Positions 58,262-64,000 of a DNA stretch of 64,000 bases are shown here, one piece after another (position 1 is the stretch's first letter; each line of letters starts with the position of its first letter). The notes beneath the pieces were generated by a model. That model saw only the letters and a list, made by a program, of their open reading frames with translations, was not told the origin of the DNA and made no database searches. The position numbers were made by a program, and so were the translations under genes. The stretch is taken from NCBI GenBank assembly GCA_964584315.1, contig CAZOZO010000001.1, positions 84,225 to 148,224 of the forward strand, read 5' to 3'. The DNA is from an uncultured Oscillospiraceae bacterium. GTDB taxonomy: Bacteria; Bacillota; Clostridia; Christensenellales; Aristaeellaceae.

Positions 58262-59071
58262 TCAGCCCCCCGCCGCCAGAAATTTGCGCGAACCCAGATT
58301 CCACAACCAACGGCTGAACCCAATCAACAGGCCGATCCAGCACAGTTGCGCCGCGTAGCCCAGGAACACCGCAGGGCCGGATACCGCGCCCAGCAGCACG
58401 TCCACGGGGAACCCCACGGCATAGGAGAAGGGCAGGTATTTGAGCACTTGGCTGACCGTGGCCCCAAAAATCTCCAGCGGGAAAATGCCGCCGCTGAGTA
58501 CGACGATCACCATGCGCACGGCCTCGAACAGGAAGCCGATCTCGGACAGCCAGAACGCCCACATGCCCACGCAAAAGAAAATCAGGAAATTGAGCACGAT
58601 CGCGCCCAGCACCGCGGGCAGAAACAGCAGCACACCGCCAACGTTCACGGGCGATGCCTGAAAGGCAAACCCGACGCCTGCCAGTGCAAGCGCGAGCAGG
58701 CTCAGGCCGCCAACAAGCGCCCCCAGCTTTTGTCCCAGAAAATTGCTCAGGCGGTAGGGCAGGTAATGGATGGGGCGCACGATGTATTTACTCAGCCCGC
58801 CGTTTTTGATATCCTCGTTGATGTCGTATTCAAAGCCGGTGCGCAGCAGCCGCCACAGGATGGCAGCAGTAACGGAATAAGCGAGCATCTGCGCGTAGTT
58901 GCGGCCGTACAGCTCCGCCTTGCCCGCACCGCCGTACAGCGCCTGCCACATGAACACCTGAATGAAGATGGGGAATGCGGCGCTTGCGACCCCCAGCCAG
59001 AAATCTGCGCGGTAGGCAATGGCCTCCTTGAGGCCCAAACCCAGCGAGTGCAGGTATTTGCGGATGGTCAT
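58262..59071 (-). CDS. ABC-2 family transporter permease
   Basis: 270 aa from ATG 59071 (RBS GGAGAGGAA; MTIRKYLHSLGLGLKEAIAYRADFWLGV...), 6 TM helices. The track's upstream extension overlaps the ATPase gene. Confidence 0.7.
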   Translation of the reverse strand: MTIRKYLHSLGLGLKEAIAYRADFWLGVASAAFPIFIQVFMWQALYGGAGKAELYGRNYAQMLAYSVTAAILWRLLRTGFEYDINEDIKNGGLSKYIVRPIHYLPYRLSNFLGQKLGALVGGLSLLALALAGVGFAFQASPVNVGGVLLFLPAVLGAIVLNFLIFFCVGMWAFWLSEIGFLFEAVRMVIVVLSGGIFPLEIFGATVSQVLKYLPFSYAVGFPVDVLLGAVSGPAVFLGYAAQLCWIGLLIGFSRWLWNLGSRKFLAAGG

Positions 59072-60054
59072 TGTCCGTTCCTCTCCGTATACAGCCGCGC
59101 GATGCCCTCCTCCACCGGGATGTCCCCGATGTTGAAATCCGTCACGGGCAGGGTTTCCAGCATCCTTTGCGATACCTGGCGCACCTGGTCGCGTGGCACC
59201 TCGATCACGGCCTGCAAGCCCTCGCGCCCGCATGGCGTGCCAAAGCGGCTCAGGTCCATCTGCGCGGCTTCCTCAGTCTCAAAGGTGATCTGGATGCGCT
59301 TGTGGTCGCCAAACAGGCCGTTGATCTTCTTCAGCTCGCCGTCGTAGGCGATGGTTCCGTCCGCGATCACGATGGTGCGGCGGCACAGGTCTTCGATATC
59401 GCTGATGGAATGGCTGGTGAGCAGCACGGTGGTCTGCCGCTCGCGGTTATACTCGCGTAAAAACGCGCGGATGCGCTTTTGGGAGATGATATCCAGCCCG
59501 ATGGTCGGCTCGTCCAGAAACATCACTTCCGGCTGGTGCAATAGCGAGGCGATCAGCTCCATCTTCATGCGCTCACCCAGCGACAACCGCCGTACCTGCA
59601 CACCCAGCTGCTCCCTTACGTCCAAAAGCTCCACCAGCTTGCCCAGCGTTCTGCGGTACTGGGCTTCGTCCAGCTCGTAAATGTGGCGGTTGAGCGAGAA
59701 GGATTCCACAGCGGGCAGATCCCACCACAGCTGGCTCTTTTGCCCCATGACGATGGCAAAGCGCATCTTGAAGCCCTTCTTGCGCTCCCACGGCACATAG
59801 CCCATGACCGTGGCCTCGCCGGAGGTGGGGTAGAGGATGCCGGAGAGCATCTTGAGCGTGGTGGTCTTGCCGGCACCGTTGGGGCCCAGGAAGCCCACCA
59901 TCTCCCCCTTTTCCAGCGATAGGTCAATGCCGCGCACGGCCTCCTTGCAAAGCTTTTCACGGTGGAAAAGGCTCCGCAGCGAGGCTTTCATGCCTTCTTC
60001 CTTTTTTGTGTACTCAAACGTTTTCTTAAGCGCCCGCACTTCGATCAATGCCAT
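59068..60054 (-). CDS. ABC transporter ATP-binding protein
   Basis: 328 aa, GPNGAGKTT, LSLGERMKMEL, MFLDEPTIGLD, H-loop TSHSI. ATGA overlap with the downstream permease gene. Confidence 0.88.
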   Translation of the reverse strand: MALIEVRALKKTFEYTKKEEGMKASLRSLFHREKLCKEAVRGIDLSLEKGEMVGFLGPNGAGKTTTLKMLSGILYPTSGEATVMGYVPWERKKGFKMRFAIVMGQKSQLWWDLPAVESFSLNRHIYELDEAQYRRTLGKLVELLDVREQLGVQVRRLSLGERMKMELIASLLHQPEVMFLDEPTIGLDIISQKRIRAFLREYNRERQTTVLLTSHSISDIEDLCRRTIVIADGTIAYDGELKKINGLFGDHKRIQITFETEEAAQMDLSRFGTPCGREGLQAVIEVPRDQVRQVSQRMLETLPVTDFNIGDIPVEEGIARLYTERNGQ

Positions 60055-60351
60055 TGGTCATACCGCCTATGCTGTGATCTCGTTGTGTGTCAATCGCCAT
60101 TATAAACGGGCTTGCAACGTTTGTATATGGTAAAACGGGCGAATTTTGGCAACATCAAACTGAGGAGGATTGAATAACTCTGTTACACGCCGGGTATGAT
60201 TCGCGGCGCCGGGGTGGCGTTGCGGCTGTATTCCCTCGATCGTTCACCAAGCGTTCACGGAGCTGTGTTCGCGTTCTCCTGCGACGGCACAAAGCATGCA
60301 GTGTGCCACGCCACAAGGTAAAGAAATGATTTTCCGGCTTGGCGACTAGCC

Positions 60352-60380
60352 TTGCCGTTTTGCCACGCGCGCGGTATAAT
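60352..60380 (+). promoter_or_regulatory. sigma70 promoter (TTGCCG-17-TATAAT) upstream of the LRR protein gene
   Basis: TTGCCG 60352-60357, TATAAT 60375-60380; ~80-nt leader, RBS GGGAGG before ATG 60462. Confidence 0.55.
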
Positions 60381-60461
60381 GGGCACAGCATCGCCGCCCA
60401 AGCTGCGGCACGCCCCTTCCGGATATCGGGCATTCTCCAATGAGATAGGGAGGTAACCCTT

Positions 60462-61349
60462 ATGTGGCTACGGATCAAGGCCCGCCAAGCGGTATGCCTG
60501 CTTCTGGTTTTCCTGTGCTGCCTGCCTGCCGCGGCCTTCGCGCAAGCGGAGTCGTCCACGCTCTGCGGCGTGCCGGTGCCAGCGGGCGCGACTGCCATCG
60601 ACCTTGGCGAAGCCAAGATGGGCAGCTTCAATGCCTTCATGGATGAGCTGGCGCAGTTTCCGACCCTTACGCAGGTCGATATGTACAACAGCCGCGTGAA
60701 CAGGGAACAGATGGCCACGCTGACCGAGCGCTTCCCGAACATCCGCTTCGGCTGGACTCTGCGCTTTGGCAAATGGCGTGTGCGCACCGACGTAACGGCC
60801 TTCTCCACCCACAACAGCACCCACTCGCAGGCCTACACCACGCAGGTGTTCGAGGTGCTCAAATATTGCCGCGACCTGCGCGCGCTTGACCTGGGGCACA
60901 ACATGGTCAACGACATCAGCTTCCTGACCGAACTCAAGCATTTGAAGATACTCATCCTCGCGGACAACAGCGTGGTGGATATCTCGCCGCTTGCGCAGCT
61001 TAAGGAGCTGGAGTATGTGGAGATGTTCCGCAACCACATCACCGATCTGTCGCCACTGGCGGAGCTGCCCAACCTGATCGATCTGAACATGTGCCGCAAC
61101 TTTGACATCAAGGACGCGTCCGCGCTGCTCAAGTGCGAAAAACTCGAGCGCGTGTGGCTGTCCTACTGTGGCATTGACGATGCGCAGCAGGCAACGCTGA
61201 GGGCGGCGCTGCCAAACGCGGAGTTCAACTTTACGGTGTTCTCGTCTACGTATGGCGGCTGGCGTGAGCACCATCGGTATTTCGATGTGGTTGAAATGTT
61301 CCGCACGCGGGTGTATCAGCCGTGGACGCCCGTGGATGGAGCTGTGTAA
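60462..61349 (+). CDS. secreted leucine-rich-repeat (internalin-like LRR) protein
   Basis: 295 aa, signal peptide (LLVFLCCLPAAAFAQA), ~6 LRR units (LRALDLGHNMVNDISFL / LKHLKILILADNSVVDISPL / LKELEYVEMFRNHITDLSPL...). Confidence 0.75.
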   Translation: MWLRIKARQAVCLLLVFLCCLPAAAFAQAESSTLCGVPVPAGATAIDLGEAKMGSFNAFMDELAQFPTLTQVDMYNSRVNREQMATLTERFPNIRFGWTLRFGKWRVRTDVTAFSTHNSTHSQAYTTQVFEVLKYCRDLRALDLGHNMVNDISFLTELKHLKILILADNSVVDISPLAQLKELEYVEMFRNHITDLSPLAELPNLIDLNMCRNFDIKDASALLKCEKLERVWLSYCGIDDAQQATLRAALPNAEFNFTVFSSTYGGWREHHRYFDVVEMFRTRVYQPWTPVDGAV

Positions 61350-61351
61350 CG

Positions 61352-63628
61352 ATGAAGGGAAACAGACTGATTTTCCGCGGCGGGCTGTCCGTATCGTCGC
61401 GTCGCCTGCCAAACGCCGAGGGAACCATTCGGGCAGCGAGCCTGCCTGCGCACCTTTTGTGCGCGGTGCTCGTGTGCCTGTGCTTTGCGTTGCCCGTGCC
61501 CGCGTCGGCGGAAGCCGCCACGCCCGCACCCACGGTAGCTGCCGCCGAAAGCGCCGCTTACCGAACGCTGGCAAAGGGCGCGAGCGGCGCGGATGTGCTG
61601 CGCCTCAAGCAGCGCATGCAGGAGTTGGGCTTCTTCAATGCGGATGCCACGTTGACCGATACTTACAACAGCACCATGGAATACAAGGTGAAGCAGTACC
61701 AGAACGCACTGGGCGTGAAGGCGACAGGCATTGCCACGCCGGAGCTTCAGGCGGTGCTTTTCAGCCAAAACGGCGGACTGCCTTCGCCGACGCCCGTGCC
61801 AACGCAGGAGATCGTGACCATCGACGGCGTATCGTACCGCACGCTGGCCAAGGGCGCGAGTGGAGCGGATGTGCTGCGCCTCAAACAGCGCATGCAGGAG
61901 CTTGGCTTCTTCGCGCCGGACGCCACCCTGACCGACAGCTACAACAGCACCATGGAGTATAAGGTCAAGAAATACCAAAACGCGCTGGGCATCAAGGCCA
62001 CAGGTGTTGCTACGCCGGAGTTGCAGGCATTGATCTTCGGTGAGGATGGCGGGCTGCCGGTCATTGTACAGGCCGCGACGGCCACGCCAACCGCCGCGCC
62101 GACGGCGATGCCGACGCCCACGGAGGCACCCACTGCGGTACCTACGCCGACAGTCGCGTCCACGTCGCAGCCTCCCCAGGTCGATGCGACCGGGGGAGAG
62201 ACAGGCTACCGAACCCTGCAAACAGGCATGAGCGGTGCGGATGTGCTGCGCCTCAAGCAGCGGATGCAGCAGTTTGGGTTTTTCGCGCCGGACGCGACCC
62301 TGACCGACGCCTACAACAGCACCATGGAATACAAGGTGAAGCAATACCAGCAACAGATGGGCGTGAAGGTGACGGGCATCGCCACGCCCGCATTCCAGAT
62401 CACTGCCTACGGCGAAGGCGGCGGGTTGCCCGCGTCTACGCCCACACCAGCTCCTTCGCCCGATACGGTCGAGATCGACGGGGTGGCTTACCGCACGCTC
62501 AAGCTGCGCATGTCCGGCGAGGATGTACAGCGTTTTAAGCAACGGCTCAAGGAGCTGGGCTACTTCCCGCAGAATGCGGAGATCACCGGCGATTACAACA
62601 GCACCATGGAATACAAGGTAAAGCAATACCAGGACGACCTGGGGCAGAAGGCGACAGGCATCGCTACGCCCGAGCTGCAAGCGCTGGCGTTCGGCGATTA
62701 CGGCGGCCTGCCCAAGCCCGTGCCGCCAGTATTGCCGCTCTTGCCGCCGCTCACGGAGGAAGGCTTCTTGCCCAATCAGGCGGAGGAGTTCGTCTACGAG
62801 GATTCCCAAGCAGGGCAGTGGGTTTATATCTCCGGAACGCTGCGGGTGCAGATCGTGCGCTACACCCGCGAGGGCCACAGCCCCCTCGTCTGGTACGAGA
62901 CAGATATCCGTTTTACGGGTGCGGAGGCTTTCCAGCGGTTTGACGCGCTGGAGAAATATAAGGGCAAGTTCAACACCGAGTATCCACACCTGATCGCCGC
63001 GCGCAACAACCTGGTGTTGGCCTTCAATGACGATTTTTACGGCATCCGAAGCCACCGCAGGCAAAAGCAGGGCGTGATCATCCGCGACGGCGCGCTGGTC
63101 GTGGACGACCCGTACCGCAAGAACGTGGTCAATTATATGCCGCCGCTGGACATTCTCGCCTTTTTTCAGGACGGCAGCATGAAGGCGTTCTACGGCAACG
63201 AGTACACCGCGGAGCAGCTGCTCGCCATGGGCGTGCGTGACACGCTCAGCTTTGGGCCTGTGCTGCTCCGAGATGGCGAGCTGGGCCAGCAGGTGGCGGA
63301 TGGCAAGTTCTCCAGCGACGAGCCGCGCTGCGCGCTGGGCATGGTCGCGCCCAAACACTACCTGCTGATGACGGTGGAAGGCCGCCATGCCGGCAGCGAC
63401 GGCGCGGGGCTGGGCTGGATCGCCGCGCGTATGAAGGAACTGGGCGTGCGCGAGGCTGTGAACCTGGACGGCGGCAATACGACGGCGCTTGTGTTCCGCG
63501 GGCAACTGCTCAATAAGATCGGCACACTCAATGGCAAGATGGTGGTGTTGCGCGGCGTGCGCTCGGTTTCCAGCGTCATGGGCATCGGCCGCAACATCAC
63601 AGCCATACCGTCGGACGACGGAGAATGA
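61352..63628 (+). CDS. secreted protein with four PG_binding_1 peptidoglycan-binding repeats and a C-terminal phosphodiester-glycosidase (NAGPA/DUF2233-like) domain
   Basis: Start ATG 61352 (MKGNRLIF...), signal peptide; 4 x ~85-aa repeats (YRTLAKGASGADVLRLKQRMQELGFF...YNSTMEYKVKQYQ...ATGIATPELQA) separated by Pro/Thr linkers; C-terminal domain with NLDGGNTTAL motif. Confidence 0.75.
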   Translation: MKGNRLIFRGGLSVSSRRLPNAEGTIRAASLPAHLLCAVLVCLCFALPVPASAEAATPAPTVAAAESAAYRTLAKGASGADVLRLKQRMQELGFFNADATLTDTYNSTMEYKVKQYQNALGVKATGIATPELQAVLFSQNGGLPSPTPVPTQEIVTIDGVSYRTLAKGASGADVLRLKQRMQELGFFAPDATLTDSYNSTMEYKVKKYQNALGIKATGVATPELQALIFGEDGGLPVIVQAATATPTAAPTAMPTPTEAPTAVPTPTVASTSQPPQVDATGGETGYRTLQTGMSGADVLRLKQRMQQFGFFAPDATLTDAYNSTMEYKVKQYQQQMGVKVTGIATPAFQITAYGEGGGLPASTPTPAPSPDTVEIDGVAYRTLKLRMSGEDVQRFKQRLKELGYFPQNAEITGDYNSTMEYKVKQYQDDLGQKATGIATPELQALAFGDYGGLPKPVPPVLPLLPPLTEEGFLPNQAEEFVYEDSQAGQWVYISGTLRVQIVRYTREGHSPLVWYETDIRFTGAEAFQRFDALEKYKGKFNTEYPHLIAARNNLVLAFNDDFYGIRSHRRQKQGVIIRDGALVVDDPYRKNVVNYMPPLDILAFFQDGSMKAFYGNEYTAEQLLAMGVRDTLSFGPVLLRDGELGQQVADGKFSSDEPRCALGMVAPKHYLLMTVEGRHAGSDGAGLGWIAARMKELGVREAVNLDGGNTTALVFRGQLLNKIGTLNGKMVVLRGVRSVSSVMGIGRNITAIPSDDGE

Positions 63629-63630
63629 TC

Positions 63631-63665
63631 AACGCCGAAGCAAACTGTTAACACATCGGCGTTGC
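63631..63665 (+). terminator. hairpin terminator candidate after the PG-binding protein gene
   Basis: caacgccga-agcaaactgttaacaca-tcggcgttg: 9-bp perfect stem; moderately T-rich tail. Confidence 0.45.
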
Positions 63666-63896
63666 AGGGGCTTTGACCGCTGGCTTTACCTTTCAAGCTT
63701 GACACAGCCACGCCGTGCCTTTACTTGCGCAAAGGAATAGCAGACAGGACCAGGCGATTGATCATGAGCGTAACAGCTCGAATCACATGACATGCCGCCC
63801 ATGTGCTCCGGAGGGCATTGTGGGAAAGCAAGCCCCGCCGCACTGAAATGCGACGGGGCCTTTGCCTGGCTTTGTAAAGCTGCTGTACGTACTGTT

Positions 63897-64000
63897 TGCT
63901 TACAGCACGACCTCTGCCCGTCCGGCGCTCACGGTCATGCGCCGTACCTGCGCGCCATCGTAGACGACCAGCGTGAAGCCGCGATGCGCGCCCTCCACCC
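63897..64000 (-). CDS. 3' end of an unidentified minus-strand gene (34 codons visible)
   Basis: Open frame running off the window, ...VEGAHRGFTLVVYDGAQVRRMTVSAGRAEVVL*, preceded downstream by a GC hairpin (63827-63858). Confidence 0.3.

Noticed and set aside
60155-60820. 221-aa minus-strand ORF
   Set aside because: It overlaps the LRR-gene promoter/leader and the N-terminus of the LRR protein on the opposite strand. It has no RBS and its translation is Arg/Ala-rich and low-complexity.

Overview
High-GC (~62%) Firmicutes-type chromosome segment, most consistent with a Clostridia/Oscillospirales-like organism; that placement is inferred from gene order and the Streptococcus-type fabT-fabK fatty-acid cluster. 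No rRNA, tRNA, CRISPR array or mobile element was seen. The window holds: (i) the conserved housekeeping block priA-def-fmt-rsmB-rlmN-prpC-prkC-rsgA-rpe on the minus strand, in which RsmB carries a ~400-aa N-terminal extension built from ~33 tandem 36-nt (12-aa) repeats; (ii) dacB-like carboxypeptidase and a MATE efflux gene, then a candidate small SRP RNA upstream of dnaX, rsmA(ksgA) and pckA; (iii) an operon of two bacteriocin-type ABC exporters (one C39-peptidase transporter plus one ABC with a degenerate C39-like domain) led by a 62-aa HlyD-N-terminus-like microprotein, divergent from two paralogous small membrane proteins; (iv) a complete type II fatty-acid synthesis and acetyl-CoA carboxylase supercluster (fabT-fabH-acpP-fabK-fabD-fabG-fabF-accB-fabZ-accC-accD-accA-degV); (v) a self-contained c-di-GMP signalling operon (GGDEF cyclase, solute-binding protein, REC-HD-GYP phosphodiesterase, hybrid kinase with dual solute-binding sensor domains). 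That operon is divergently paired with what looks like an undescribed exopolysaccharide locus: a 1082-aa two-pass membrane protein (extracellular GH-A-like hydrolase fold plus cytoplasmic HEAT repeats), a processive GT2 synthase (QxxRW) and a GH18 lipoprotein; (vi) an ABC-2 transporter next to a FloT-like flotillin, and secreted LRR and PG-binding/NAGPA-domain proteins. The many long ORFs antisense to these genes are judged GC-driven artefacts.
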